This document shows positions 42,405-57,469 of a stretch of DNA of 64,000 bases, one piece after another. The DNA comes from the human T2T-CHM13v2.0 reference genome, Homo sapiens: assembly GCF_009914755.1 (NCBI RefSeq), contig NC_060926.1; one strand, written 5' to 3'. The notes below the pieces were generated by a model. It did not search any database. It was not told the DNA's origin and saw only the letters and a program-made list of their open reading frames with translations. Position 1 is the first letter of the stretch. Every line of letters starts with the position of its first letter. The translations under genes were made by a program, and so were the position numbers.

Positions 42405-44240
42405 ATTTAATTTCATAATTTCCACTTTTATGTTACATTCGGGGGTACATGTGCAGGTTTATTACCTGGGTATATGGCGTGATGCTGAGGTTTGGAGTAT
42501 GATTGATCCCATCATCCATGTTTTGAGCATAGTATCTGATAGTTTCTCAACACTTAGGTCTCTACCTCTTTCCACCATCTAGTAGTCCCCAGTGTCTATC
42601 ATTGCCATCTTTATCTCCATGAGTATCCAATGCTTAGCTCCCACTTACAAGTGCCAACATATGGTATTTGGTTTTCTTTTCCTATGTTAATTTGCTTAGG
42701 ATAATAGCTTCCAGCTGTACCCAAGTTGTTGCAAAAAACATGATTTTGTTCTTTTTTCAGCCGCATAGTATTGCGCAGTCTATGGGTATCACATTTTCTT
42801 CATCCAGTTCACCACTGATGGGCTCCTAGGTTGATTCCATGTCTTTGGTGTTGTGAATATTGCTGCAATGAACATCTGAGTGCATGTCTCTTTTTGGTAG
42901 AATAGTTTATTTTCTTTTGGGTATATATGCAGCAATGGAATTGTTGGCTCCTATGGTAGTTCTAAGTTATTTAAGAAATCTCCAAACTGCTTTCCACAGT
43001 GGCTGAACCAATTTACATTCCCATCTATAGTATATAACTGTTTTCTTTTTCCCATAGTTTTGCCAGAATCTGTTCTTTTTTGGCTTTAATAATAGCCATT
43101 TTGACTGGTATGAGATGACATCTCCTTGTGGTTTTGATTTGCATTTCTTTGATGATTAGTGATACGGAGCACTTTTTCATGTTTTTTGGCTGCTTATATG
43201 TCTTCTTTTGAGAAGGGTCTCTTCATGATTTTATCCACTTTATAATGGGGTTATTTTTTATTTAACTTGTTTACTTGTTTAAGTTGCTTATACAATCTGA
43301 ATACTAAACCTTTATCAGATGCATAGTTCCAAATATTTTCTCCCATTCTGTGGGTTGTCTGTTTATTCTGCTGAGAGTTTCTTTTGCTGTGAGAAGATCT
43401 TTAGTTTAATTAGGTCTCACTTTTCAATATTTGTTTTTGTTGCAATTGCTTTTGAGATCATAGTAATAAATTCTTCTAAAGGCCAATGTCCAGAATGCTG
43501 TTTCCTAGGTTTTCTTTTAGGATTCTTCTAGCTCGAAGTCTGATATTTAAAGTTTCAATCCACCTAGAGTTAATTTTTGTATATGGTGAAAGGTAGGAGT
43601 CTAGTTTCATTCTTCTGGATATGGCTAGACAGGTATCACAGCATCATTTCTTAAATAGGGAGTTCTTCTCCCATTGCTTATTTTTGTTAACTTTGTTGAA
43701 GATCACATGCTGTAGGTGTGTGGCTTATTTCTAGGTTCTCTATTATTTTCCATTGGTTTACATGTCTGTTTTTGTACCACTACGGTGCTGTTTTGGTTAC
43801 TGTGGCCTTATATTATAATTTGAAGTGAGGTAATGTGTTGCATCAGCCTTTATTCTTTTTGCTCAGGATTGCCTTGGCTATTTGGTCTCTCTTTTGGTTC
43901 CGTATAAATTTTAACAAGTTTTTTTCTGATTCTGTGAAAAATGACATTGGTAGTTTAATAAGAATAGTATTGAATCTGTGGATTGATTTTTGCAGTATGG
44001 CCATTTTAATGATAATGATTCTTCCAATCTATAAGCATGAAATATTTTTCCATTTCTTTGTGTCATCTGTCATTTCTTTTAGAAATGTTTTGTAGTCTTC
44101 TTTGGAGAGATCTTCCACCTCCTTGGTTAGATGCATTCCTAGGTATTTTATATTTTTGTCACTATTGTAAATGGGATTGCATTCTTGATTTGGCTTTCAG
44201 CCTGAATGTTAAGTGCTGTATAGAAATGCTACTGATTTTT
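42405..44240 (-). mobile_element. L1PA15/16-like 3' portion
   Basis: gggggtacatgtgcaggtttattacctgggtatatggcgtgatgctgaggtttgg; continuous antisense ORF2. Confidence 0.92.
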
Positions 44241-44760
44241 CAAAATGGCATAATGATTACTAACACCCACCTCTTTCCTTTAGTTTCTAGAATCTATTTC
44301 CAGACGCATTTTATTTTCTAATGAAGTGTCTTTGCTTTTCTTTCCTCCTCTATTTTCCTTGGCACTTGGTAAGCTCAAATGAAAATGAATGTATATTAAT
44401 TCCAGAAAATTTCATTAAATAATTTACTTTGTAATTTCCTCTCCTCTCCTCTCCTCGGTTCTTTCATTTTGGAAACCCTATGGTGTAGAAATTGAGCTTT
44501 TGTCACTAATCATCCAATGTCCTAACCTTTTTGCTCTTACTATTCATACTTTTTTTGTTAATTATGTTTTACTTTGTGGAAGTTTAGTCAAAATTGAGAA
44601 AACAACTAGTGAATTTTTCATTCTTGCTATCAATTTTTAATTTTCTAGAACTCTTCATTGTTTTCTGAGTGTCTTCTTTATAACTTCAATTCATGTTTCA
44701 TAAGTGAAATTTCTTTGTCTTATCTTTTGAGACTATTATCGTATGTTTAAAATGTTTTCT

Positions 44761-45128
<368 letters not shown>

Positions 45129-45964
45129 CTAATATTGAAGATGTTACTAAAAATCTGGGCTCTATGTCCCATTCTTATTTAAAAACAGGGCAATAATTAG
45201 TTGATTGTAAGTATGAGAGTATGGAGGGTATGGCTGACTGGTGAGCTTTTGCCATAAACAGTAGTCATTATAACAGATATGCCCAATGGTCAGCAAATGC
45301 TGGTGTTTCATTTTAGACTTGTCAGTTTTCTTGGAAGGCAATCATTTCATCTTTTTCCTAGAAGATAAAAGTCCTACACAGTATTTTTGAAGTGCAGAGA
45401 GTATTTTCTGTAGGATGCTACCATTTACCTTGCACGTTTTCCATAAATCCCCATTTTCAGTATGGCTGTTCATGAGAAACTCTAGTTTAATATCTCTATA
45501 CTAGAAGACATACCTGAAGTTTTCTACTGGAGTTTAGGGAGGCAAGGTAGCATAGTTCTGTGGCAGGGGAAGAAGATCTGTCAATTGAAGAGCCTCAGAT
45601 AGACATTCAAGTTTTTATTATCATTACTCATATCCTTATTAGAAGTATTTATGTTTCTGCCCTTGGATTTTTCTAGGATTGTGGACTTACTGTTGTAGGC
45701 TTGAGGTTCAGATTTCTCCAGTCTGCTAAATGAGAAAACTGCAGTCTACTTTGCATTCGAGCTTCCAAAATTTTATTGTAGAATGTTATTTGTATATTAT
45801 GTTTGTCATTATTTTATTCACTTTTGGTTGTTGCTAAGTTTTTACTGTTCTATTATTTTAGAAGAATTTCTTACATATAAGGCAACAAGAGTTTGGACTC
45901 AATACACCATTCTTAAACAAAAATCTTATCACCTCAATGTAATTTTAAAAACAAGTATTAGAAA

Positions 45965-46135
45965 TTAATTACCATGTTTTGAGTACTTGCAATATTGTAT
46001 AACTATCTAATGTAATATCAGATGTATTATTTAATTTGACCTTTATTATAAGCCCTGCAAATTACCATTATTGTAGTATTTGACAGTTGAAGAAATCATA
46101 GATGATAAAGAATTTGACCATAAGTCTGTCTGACT
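45965..46135 (-). mobile_element. MIR remnant
   Basis: ttaccatgttttgagtacttgc...tttgacagttgaagaaatcatag. Confidence 0.55.
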
Positions 46136-46139
46136 CAGG

Positions 46140-46464
46140 TCTTTTCTTTCTTATTTTTTCGTTTCTTATTCTTTCTTTCTTTCTTTATTTTGAAATAAAG
46201 TCTCGTTCTGTCTGCCAGGTGGGAGTGCAGTAGTACAATCACTGCAGCCTTGACTTCCTAGGCTTAAGCGGTCCTCCTACTTCTGCCTCCTAAGTAGTGA
46301 GGCTACAGGCATGTACCACCACACCTGGTTAATTGTTTCTAGTTTTTGTAGCTAGGGGGTCTTACTATGTCACCTAGGCTGGTCTCAAACTCCTGAGCTC
46401 AAGTGATTCACACCCCTCAGCTTCCCAAAGTGATGAGATTACAGGTGTGAGCCACCATGGTTGG
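46140..46464 (-). mobile_element. AluJ
   Basis: Antisense Alu with (TTTC)-rich tail; tgactca flanks. Confidence 0.92.
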
Positions 46465-48322
46465 TGACTCAAGCCTTCTCTAAAATTAAAAGCTGATACT
46501 TCCTTAAAAGCTTGTAATCCCTAACCTAACCATTTTTACAAGATATAGTGAGAGGTATCTTATGCTAAAAATATACAAGCAAAGCTAGAGGTTTATATGT
46601 CCATGGGAAATCACAGGTAGAATAGATTGAATCTAAATACAAAAGGGGACTGGGGAGTTCTTCCTAAATGTGATCTAAGCATAATATTTCAAAGGCCATG
46701 TAGATGATTAGATTACCCTCAACATTAAATATCAGACTAATTTAGCCTTTAAGATACACATTAAATATCATCTTCATAAACTCATTTCTCAAACTGAAAT
46801 AACTTTCTCACTTTTTGAATATTCATGCTATTTTATATTTTTCTATTGATCAGTTTGAATTTGTACTTTCTTTCAAAACCACTAATACCTTGTACAGCAT
46901 ATACCTAAATGGTTGCCAAATATTTAAACAGCAAACTTTCTATTGTCATAATTGGAGGTCCTTAGTTATACAACAGAACTTGATATAGACTTGTGAATAA
47001 CTTTATTATTCAGGCCTCAAATCTATGTGCATTCTCAGTATAAGCATCTAACCTCTCATAACATGGTCAAAGATATTAATCTATTTAGATGTTAGGATGT
47101 TAGGAACTTGGTAGAAGGTTTTTGTTTTTGTTTTTGTTTTCAGAGCACTCTAGGAAGCAGTAAATGTGCCTGGCATTTCAATGTGCATAAATCTGTGAAA
47201 CATATAATAATAATATTTGGAACTGAAGATATAGAAATAGATGGCAATTATTCATTTAACCTTTGAGTTTTCAGCAACTTGAGAATGACAGACAAATTAA
47301 TTTATGAGTTCAGATGCAGAAGGTTAAGCATCTGACATAGACTAATGTGAACATTCAAAGATCAATAGAGCATCACTAGCTGAAATAATAAAATCAGAAG
47401 ATTCAAATCAGATTCAGACCTAAGCTATTCCCATTACTTGTGCTGGAATTGTGGTAATTATATCTGTACATAACTTGTACTTTGTTACAGTTAAAATATA
47501 TATTTTGAATATGTCTGTATGTATGTTATACATATATTACAATATATAATATTTTATAATCATCTTTATATATAATTATTTGATTGAATTTATAAAGTTC
47601 TGAGCAAAGAAATAAGTTAAAGAGAAGTACTTAAGTGAGCTTCAGTTAACATACAATTACATCAACCTCCTGATGTGCAGGTAAAGGTAGATGTTACGAC
47701 TTACAGAATATTACCTTAGCAAGGTCAGTCCTTTTGTCATTGTTTTTGAAGTTGTACCTACAAGAAAAAGAGTATGCAATGGAATGCATACAAAGCAGAA
47801 AAATGTACAAATACACACACTTATTATGCCTGATATATATGTACATTTTAAGAAATATAGCAGAGAATGTTCACTATAAATGTCTCACCTTACACATACT
47901 TCTCTCTTTAACAAGAAATGACCACATTATTATTTCATATTAAATCTGATGAGTCCAGGAATTTCATAAATTACCAAGTCCACAAATGAATCTTACAAGT
48001 GAATAACCAAGTAAATCTAATTATGTATATACAAGAAATATGTATGAAGAACCATATTCATGTGAGAAACTCACAGTAGAAATAAATAAAAATTATTTTT
48101 ATTTACAGGAGTATAAAACTAGAGGGAAATCAGACAAAGCAGACAATTTGAAGTAAAATAGAAGTCTATTTTAAGACTAAAGTAATAAATGTTAAGGCTG
48201 AAGTAATAAAAAGACATCTTGTTGGAAGTGAACTGGAGTGAGAATAATATTAGATAAATCATAGTCAAGATTTTAGGCTATAGAAAATACCTGGCGTGAT
48301 TGCTATGCAGCATAATCAATTG

Positions 48323-48622
48323 TTTTTTTCTTCAGAGATAGGATCTTGCTCTGTCTCCCAGGCTGGAGTGCAGTATTGCAATCATAGCTCACTGTAATTT
48401 TGAACACCTAGGCTCAAGTGAACCTCTCACTTCAGCCTCTCAAGTAGCCAGAACTACAGGTGCACCCCACCATATGCGACTAATTTTTTTTTTTTTTTTT
48501 TTTTTTGAGACAGGGTCTTGTCATGTTCCTTATACTGGTCTTGAACTCCTGACCTCAAGTGATCCTCTCACCATGGCCTGCCAAAGCAATGGGATTATAG
48601 GCATAAACCACTGCACCTAGTT
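48323..48622 (-). mobile_element. AluJ
   Basis: ccaggctggagtgcagtattgcaatcatagctcactg; long central T run. Confidence 0.92.
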
Positions 48623-50346
48623 GAAAATACTGTTATTTAAACATAAATTAATGCATTCACTTCTTCAATATGAAGATGGGGTAGAGCAGTGAGTTTATTT
48701 CAGTAGTTGTTGGCTTTTTTACTTAAGAGATTTTAAAACATTTGTTTAAAAAAAAATCAGCAAACGTGTTAGTGTGGAAGAGATTTCAGCGGAATTTACA
48801 ACTGATTTTAATAAAGTAACAAATTTTTATTACCTTCTATGAACCGAGACTTGACTTTGGTGGAAAGGAGCCTCTGAATTTGAGGAAAAGAAGGATAATT
48901 TAAGTCACAGTACCAATAACAACAAAATACTTTTTTTAAAAAAAGTATAAGCATGATTGAAGTAGGCCTGAACAAAATGTTGTCAGGTAGGAGCCCCACA
49001 TCAATGAGGGACAAACTGATGAGACATTAATGTAGGTAAAATACACTATTACTCCAGAATCTTCAAGACACAAAGGCACGGGATTGCACAATGTACATAA
49101 TGCCACTTTGAATAGCAGATATAATTGGGTATGGGGAGATAAATGTGGGATTCTCAACATAAGTTCTTTAGGACCAAAAAAGTACTCAGAGAGGTAATTC
49201 AAATAAAAAGTTTTGACAAAGTGCTGGAGACATACTGTTAAATTAGTTGTGAGTCAGAGTATACAAAAGAAGCACCAAAGTTGACACATTTTAGAATTTT
49301 GGCCATGAAAGGAAATAAAGACAATTATGCTTGAGGTAAAAAGTTTCTTGTTGCTTCTTGCTTGCTTTTTTGGTTGGCTGGCTTGATTTGTTTTCAACTG
49401 TGGAGGAGACATTTTTAAAGCAGAAAAAAAAAAGACATCAAGTGAAAGGCAAATGATTGAAAAGTCTGGAAAGAGAATGTGTAATTGATAGAGCAAGTTC
49501 CCTGAAGAGATAGTTGGAGGTGGGGTCAAGAGACTAGGCAGAAAGTTTAGCCTTAGAAAGAGGAAGGTTATATGAATGAGGGCTTACTTTGGGGTTGAGA
49601 GGGAAATGACTACAGTGGTAAATAAGGCGGAATCAGGATGACTGTCATTTCAGTAAGAATTTATTGAACGCATAACTTTGTTCTCAGCACTATTGGCACT
49701 GTACAAATTCCAGGGAAGACTTCAGAGAAATCGAAGATGCATTATGCCCTTAAAGTGTTTTCTAGTTATAATCTCAACCTTTTGGAGAGTTGAAATGGTA
49801 GAGATGAGAGAAGTTATGGTTATTCGGAAGAGATCATAATTCAGATATTTGATTCAGTAGATGCAAGAAAAGAAAAATTGTTCTGAAAAGTAAAGGTCTT
49901 AAGGAAAACTTAGCCTTAAAAATAGTCTAACAGGGAGAGAGAGCTTTACTTTTCATATTATTTACGTCTTATATCTTATAAAGTCAAGGAATATGACAGG
50001 GCTTTTCAGATGAATAGCCCTTTTTCCTCTCAAATCAAAATTTTCCATTTTGGAATAGATAACATATAAAGTAAACATAAAATGATGGTAACGTGGGACT
50101 TTTCTAATTTCTATAGCATGACAAAAATGAATACTGGACCAAAGGTATCTTGTGTCTTTTGCTTTTTAATAATAGAGTTTACATCATAATTGTGTAAGGT
50201 AAAACTACATGTATATACAAATATTTGCATCTTTTCTAAAAGAAATAGATATAAACATATTTGTCGCATTTTATTACGGACCTTAGCCTCACTACTCTCA
50301 TTTATATTAAAATTTAAATATAGTAACCTTGTAAGACTCACTTAAA

Positions 50347-50363
50347 GCCACCAGATGTCACTG
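50347..50363 (+). promoter_or_regulatory. Candidate CTCF motif
   Basis: gccaccagatgtcactg vs consensus CCASYAGRKGGCRS. Confidence 0.45.
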
Positions 50364-50616
50364 TTTTAGATATGATACCTCCATCACTATTCATATGCCC
50401 TAGGTATAAAGAAATTACTAAACTTTCTAGTAAAATTATTTTCAAGCAAAATCATGACAAGCATAATTATGTTAGAATCTTATTAAAGGTCACCCCCAAA
50501 ACTGTACGTGATACTTATACACATATGTCAGGAAAATATCCTCTGGGACATTATGGTTATACGATCATCTCAATTTTAATAGCTTTATAGTCAGGGATTC
50601 CATCTCATTCTTTGCC

Positions 50617-50897
50617 TTTTTTTTTTTTTTTTTTTTTTTTGAGATAGGGTCTCACTTTGTCACCTAGGCTGGAGTGCAGTGGTGCTATCAGAGCTCACTG
50701 CAGCCTTGACTTCCCCTGCCTCCAATGCTCCAGTGATCCTCCCACCTCAGCCCTCTAAGTAGCTGGGACTGCAGGTATGCACCACCACGCTGACTAATTT
50801 TTTTAATGTTTTGTAGAGATGAGGTCTCACTATATTTCTCAGGCTGGTCTTGAACTCTTGGGCTCAAGCTATCCTCCCAACTTGGCCTCCCAAAATG
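50617..50897 (-). mobile_element. AluJ, 5'-truncated
   Basis: T24 then gagatagggtctcactttgtcacctaggctggagtgcagtgg. Confidence 0.92.
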
Positions 50898-52569
50898 TGT
50901 CTTTTATCTTAGAGACTATTTATAATAATTAGTTCATTGTACGTAATTAACAAACACTTTAAAATACTAGAATATTAGAGTTGGAAACCATTTTAAGGAC
51001 TGTTCAGAACAATTCACTCTTTTACACATAGTAAACATAAAGGAGAGAGATACATGACTGTTCTAAAGGCAAAGAGATATGAAAATGAAAATATTCAGCT
51101 AGTTAATATTCTTGACTATTTTTCTTATATAATATCACTTAATGATAAATTACTTTTTATGAGAACTGTAACGTGTGACCACAAGAAAATAAGATAAAGA
51201 CAGTTAAAACATTTATAGATGTCATTAATATTTTTCAAAGTTCATAAATATGGCTTAAAGAGATGTATTTCTCATTTTTTATTATGAAAAAACTATATAG
51301 AACAAGAAGGAAAAATGTACAAAACTAGAAAAGACAAAGATATTGAGCATGGTTAACATTTTGTTCTATATAATTCTTGTAATTTTTCAGGATTTTATAT
51401 ATATATATACATTACTTAGGTGGTTGTAACATTCATATACATAACATACACTGTTTAAATATCTACTTTTGCTAAATAACAATATGACTACTTGCTCATG
51501 TTACCAATCTGGTCAAACCATCAACATCTCAGCCTCCTACCATTGACTAACTTATTCTATCAGGTAGGTAATTGTCTTTGGTCTTGCCATCAGCTGGGGA
51601 AATTGGTGTCTATGAGAATTGCCGAGCCAATGCTTTAAATGGAACTATTCAATTCCGGTAAACATTACTTCCATTCTACTCATTCACATGATCATATTTT
51701 GAGTCATTAGATAATCCTAAAATGTCTAAATCCAAAATATCAAATTCAGACATCTATTTTCTAAACGCGTCTTTCCACACATCCATCCATCACCCATTTG
51801 TTCTGAAGCAGCTAGGTCATCCAAGCAAGGGGGTTGCTCATTCCCTGATCTCTGCCTTTCTCCGAGTCAAACTCTCCTATTTTAATGTCCATGCCTACAT
51901 TTGGAACATTGGTTTATACAAAGCTTAACAACCCTTGTGTGAATATACAACTTTTTGCCCTATTTCTCTTTTCTTTATATTCACCAGCAAACTTCTAGCC
52001 CTGGATCAACTTATTTGTCAGACACTCCATCTATGATTTCTCAAGATTCTGGAGAAAAGCAAGCAACCATGCACACTGGGTAACAACAACTTGATGGCCT
52101 ACAGTTAGAGTTGAGCTGGGAATGTAGTATTTCAATATTTGTATGGTCTTTGGGTCATTTTCATCTCTTTCTATCCAGAGAAATATTTCAAACCGCCCTT
52201 GTGGATTGACACTGTGTCTCTCTCTCAAAAAAAACAGTAGACTGAAAAAAAAAAAAAAATGAGATCACTTCCTGAGACTGCCATGCTAATTCCCTATGTA
52301 AGTAGGTCAGAAAAGGGAAGATACTGGGCAGACAGTTAAAAGCTATTTTCTTGATGAGTTCTCAGTCCTACTGCTTGAGAATGATTCATCATGACTCTCA
52401 GTTCTTCCCTTCTAGGACCTTGGCTCTAACTTCTTAAATTATCCATGATTTTTCATAAAAAATTATTTTGTATTTGCAGCTAAGTTGTTTTCTCAACTGT
52501 CTTCATGCCCATAGAAGTCTGGGGACTCAAAGTTCTCTTTTCATTTTGTAATATCTCTTTCCCTTAAGT

Positions 52570-52777
52570 CCTACAGTTGGGCAAAATCATCTAACACAAA
52601 GGCTATTTTACAATAGTGTTGAATATGTTGTGTAATTTATTGAATACCATACTGAAAATGAAAAACAAAATGGTTTTATGGGGATCAGAGTACAATTCTA
52701 CGGAATATGTTTCACTTTCATACCATCATAAAGCTGAAAAATCACAAGTTGAACCCTCAAGGAGTCAGAGACCATCT
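52570..52777 (+). mobile_element. MER47A-like Tigger DNA transposon, 3' half
   Basis: cctacagttgggcaaaatcatctaacacaaaggctattttacaat...gtcagagaccatct. Confidence 0.8.
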
Positions 52778-52849
52778 TTAATTTTGAGACAGTTTTGAAA
52801 ACCTAGACTAAACATGGGAAAAGTGAAAATACACTAACTGGATTCTACT

Positions 52850-53520
52850 AACAAGAAATTGACCCAGATAGTAATGCATAGAAAAACCAATAAAATATAT
52901 GAGAGGTTTTAAAAGGCAATGGGAAATTATTAACACATTTTTTAATAAATTATGGGAGGAGTTTCAAGAAAAAATAAAGGTAATGGCAGATTAAACACTC
53001 AAAGATCCAATAACTAAGAATATCTGAATTGATAAAAAATGAGTTCATAGATGGAATATTTATTAAAAGTGCCAACAAAGATGTATGAAAATAAACTCAT
53101 ACCTAGATAAAAAGGAGTGAAACTGCGAGTATCAATGTTAGACAGAAAATATTGAAACTACCTGAAAAAAGCAAAATGATATATAAAGACACAATATTAG
53201 GCTAATTACAGAATAATCACAGAATAATAACAGAATAAACAATTCCAGATACAAAAAAAATGAGTATTGTCTTCAAAATGTTGAATGAAAGTAACTATCA
53301 CTTCAAATTATATATTCAGCCAAATGTATTAATCAAGGTGCATATTTTCAGACATAAAAAAGCTAACAAAATGTATTACCTTCAAAACCTTGATGAAGTA
53401 TTTAGTGTAGAATATATTTATAGAGAATAAAAAATGAAGACAGAAAGATAAAATGAGAAATTAAAAACAACATGTGAAAATAAATTCAATATAACACACT
53501 AAATCTATTTATTGACTACA
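52850..53520 (+). mobile_element. Ancient L1/HAL1 ORF1-like remnant
   Basis: catacctagataaaa; gtcttcaaaatgttgaatgaaagtaac; attatatattcagccaaa. Confidence 0.5.
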
Positions 53521-54284
53521 GAAATGTATTTTGTGTTTATAAAGCGGAAATTACAATTTTATATATCACAAACTCTAGGATGGGGAATTCATGGAATAAA
53601 TAAGCTGTATTAAAGTACATGACTAGGTTTGTGTACAAAGTCAAAGGAAACCAGAGTAAAAATAAAGGAGATGTGTGAATAAAGAATATAAAGGCAAGAA
53701 GAGAAAAAAAAGATATGATAAAAATGTATGGCAAAATGAAAATTATGACTTAGTGTGGTGATATTTCTTAAGTGAGCACAGTGTTTCTTTTCTTTTTAAA
53801 TATTTAATAGACATGTATGCCTCTTTATGTTTTCCCTCTGGCTTTAAAACGACTTCATTGAGACTTGAGTAAGTTAATAAAGACTTTGTAAAAGGTTTGG
53901 GAATGGCAGTCTTTCCTGATCATAATGCAACTTAATTAGATGTCAGTCACTCTTTTTAAAAGACTGCTTTTGGCTTTTAAAAGCTGGGGTTGAAAATTGA
54001 CTCAGCATTATGCTAGTACTGTTTTGTGTATGTGTCAACAACTTCTTCCAACATTCCCTATAGTTCGCTGAGATCTCCTGAATCTATGTCCCATACATTT
54101 TCTGTTCAGTCCTTAACTTTAATATCTCCCATCTACTTAATTTGGCTTTACAACAATAATGTTTCACATGTTTGAAATCCTATTCTTCCATATTGTTGTT
54201 TCAGACTCCATAGGCAGGATGAGTAATTTAAACGCAACCTAACTAAAGGACATATATTCTACCTCAAATTCTGTAATAAACTCA

Positions 54285-54310
54285 GTGTGTGTGTGTGTGT
54301 GTGTGTGTGT
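54285..54310. repeat. (GT)13 microsatellite
   Basis: Direct reading. Confidence 0.95.
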
Positions 54311-54619
54311 ATTTGACTTAGGAGCCCTGATATTTAAATGAATGAATTCTGAATCTATAAATGTCCAGACAGAAATGGGTAGTGATCCACATGATTTAGT
54401 AAAGCCTCAAATGATTCTACTGTTTTCAGAACTCCTATTTTATTATCAACTGCAATGTAATGTGTAAAATAAGTGTACAAGTCATTATCTAACTCCAATA
54501 GATGACCCCAGATCTTCAAGAAATGCATTATATTATTCTCCAAAGCATGTGACTGAATTGAAGCTGCCTAGATATGAGTTAAAAACAGAAAACAGCAGTA
54601 ACTTTACAAATTTTGAGAG

Positions 54620-54825
54620 ATAGCAGAGTGGCAAGATAATTGGATTTGGGATTATAAAACATGTCACCCCCACTCTGCCAGTTAGCTGTTGTGGACATTG
54701 AATAAAATCCCCTGAACCTTGGTTTCCTAACTTATATAGTGAAATACTGGCAATACCTACTTTGTGTTTCTCAGTTTTGCTGAGAAGGTCAACTGAGAGA
54801 ACATGAATGAAAATATTTTGTCAAC
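54620..54825 (+). mobile_element. MIR remnant
   Basis: ctctgccagttagctgttgtggacattgaataaaatcccctgaaccttggtttcc. Confidence 0.6.
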
Positions 54826-55611
54826 GAGACATTAATAGTAGCATAGTGGGAAAGAGTGAATGCTAAGAGTGAATGCTATGGACTCAGGCTCCTTGTTTTA
54901 CAAAGCAGCTCAACCACTCTGATCAGGGCAAGAGACACAACCTCTTTAGGAGCTGGGCTTCTTGTGTAAATGTACTTACCTTAAAGAATCAGTGAGGTCA
55001 TGGACTGAAAAATTGAAAACTTTCATATCAAGTACTAGATGTGTACCCTGGAAAGCACTCTGTGGCCAGGCATGGCAATGTGAGGGCAACTTGCACATAA
55101 TAGCTGTACTGTGCGTGCTCAACTTGGGCACCAGGCCAAGGACTCCTCTCCATTTACGTTGACAGACATGTGTGTGTGTTGATCTGCTTTTTATATTTCC
55201 TTGCATCACAGTGGTTTGGCCTGAGAGTCAGGTTTGTGAATTAATGTAGGGGGAGATAAATAGAGCTTTGTCATGTTTAGTCTAAGACTGCTTAGGAGTT
55301 TAGCATATGAAGAAGTCCCAGATGGTTCAACCTGCTTAACGTAGCTTTATCTCAGACTTCGGAGCCAAAAACTCCAGCTAATAATGTATCATTTTGCATT
55401 GCTTGGATAATATATCTATCATCCCCCAAAACTGTACAGGAGGTTTCTTATTTTGAAATGGAATTTGTATATTCTAAACTTCTCCTGGCAAAGCTAGAGA
55501 AGGGACATATATATAGTCCCTTGAAAAGAACTCATTATCTGGACTCCTGGAAACTCCTGTACTTCTCACATTCATTTCTCTCTCCTGAAACTCTCTTCTC
55601 TCCCTAAACTC

Positions 55612-55895
55612 ATTGTTTGGTGTCTGGTGAGATCCTCTCTTAGTTTCCAAGATGTCATCTTATTGCTGTGTCCTCACATGGCAGAAGGGGCCAATGCTGT
55701 GTCTCCAAGAAGATCATAGGAGCTAGCTAGTTCCCTGCACCTCTTTCAAGAGGGAACTAATTCGTTCATGAGGGTTGAGGCCTCGTGATTCAATCACCAC
55801 CTAACGGACCCCTCAATTGCCTTAATACAATTGCCTTGGGGATTAAGTTTTTGACATAAGAATTTTAGACAGATAAATACATTCAAACTATAGCA
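55612..55895 (-). mobile_element. MaLR LTR fragment (MST/MLT1A-like)
   Basis: tgtctggtgag...gctgtgtcctcacatggcagaagggg...acattcaaactatagca. Confidence 0.8.
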
Positions 55896-55944
55896 AACAT
55901 TACACAGTACTCCTATTTAAGCTTTTGTATTGGGCTTCAGGGAC

Positions 55945-56405
55945 ACACCTGCCAGTTGCCTGCCAATAACATTTACATCCTCATTCTTTAATTACAGAAT
56001 CTACAACTTATTTAGAAATGCAAAAACCTAGCTAAAAGACGGCATTTCTGTGCTTCACCAGCAGCAACGTATGGCATGAAACTACCTTCAGACCAATGAG
56101 ATCTAAGCAGAAATGTGTGGGATTTGGGGAAAACCCACATGCAAGACACTAAGTTGGGAAGTGTGCTATTGTGTTTCTCCTACATTCTTCTTTCTGCCAC
56201 TCTAGATCCCAGAACAGTTAGAGCTTCCTCAGTTATCTGTGAGCATCAAATAACTTTTAAGATGGCAGCCAGTGCTAGACTAGTGTAGTGAAACAGAAAT
56301 GAAGTCGCCTGATTTCCGCAGAGCTGCTAAATAACCCAAGTTTCACTTTACTTTTTTTGTAAGAGACAAAATAAAGCTAATATTATTTGGGGGCTAATGT
56401 TAACT
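55945..56405. mobile_element. Old ERVL/MaLR-type LTR
   Basis: cctagctaaaagacggcatttc...gaccaatgagatctaagcagaaatg. Confidence 0.55.
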
Positions 56406-57469
56406 AAATTAAAGCATACACAATTCCCTTATTTATTTTGTCTCCACGTCTTGTATTTCCAAAACAACATATCTCTCATTAGAGAAACTCCGTATGGCAA
56501 CTTAGCTTTTGGTAGGATTCTTCCTAAATGAATTTCTCAATACCCATCATCATTACTCTCATATTTAAATTTTAAAATATTCTCTAAGTTTAGCTTAACA
56601 TCTCATTTCTGGTCTTAAGTACTTGAAGGAGACAGCAAAGCTGGAAAAGGGAGAAGGGCCTTATACCTTCCTGCCCGCTTTCTGTTTTAGTCAGTAACCC
56701 AGAAAAGGTTTTTTCTCATCATGCAAAATTATTGTTTTATTTCCAACATTTCTTTGGTATACTCTCATAACCAGTCTCATTACTTTCCCCAGTATTACAC
56801 TAAACCCTTGGGCAGATGTGTGTGTTGTGTGTGCATGTTGGGGGTTGGAGTTGGGAAGAGCACAATACAGCAAATTGCAACTTAATAAACACACAGCAGA
56901 TTCTGATGCACACCCAAGTTTGCACACTCAAGTGTCCAGCCCTGGACAATGATTTCTTCCATTTTTTTTCTTTATATACATCTGCTTAACATTTTCTAGA
57001 CTTTTCTTTAACTCTACCCAGTGTTATAAAAAGCCTGAGAGGTACGGCTATTTTCAGGAAGTTTCTGGAATCCTGGTCACATTTCATCTTGCTGTTTGCT
57101 TTTAGAATTTCTGGATGGATAGGACTCAGAGATTTCCTTTTATTTCACCCTTCATATCATTCTTCAAATTACCCATCTTTCTCTCTTGCGTTGATTCTCT
57201 TATTTCCCAGACCCTCATTTTACTGGATCATAAAATCATACAACCTTCTGAAAAATAGTACATAGGTGGTATTTTTGAGACATTGAATATTTTAAAAGTC
57301 TTAATTTTACCTTACATATGTGTAATTATTTTAAAAACTCTCAAATTCTAAGTTAGAAATATCCTTTATATTTTATGCTAAAAGGGAATATTACTTTTGA
57401 AAAGCCCAATGCAACTCTCCTTACTGAATGTTTGAAAGTAACTCTTTTATCCCTTCCCTTTCTTTCTGC

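Noticed and set aside
54853-54878. 13-bp tandem duplication agagtgaatgcta
   Set aside because: Ordinary small duplication
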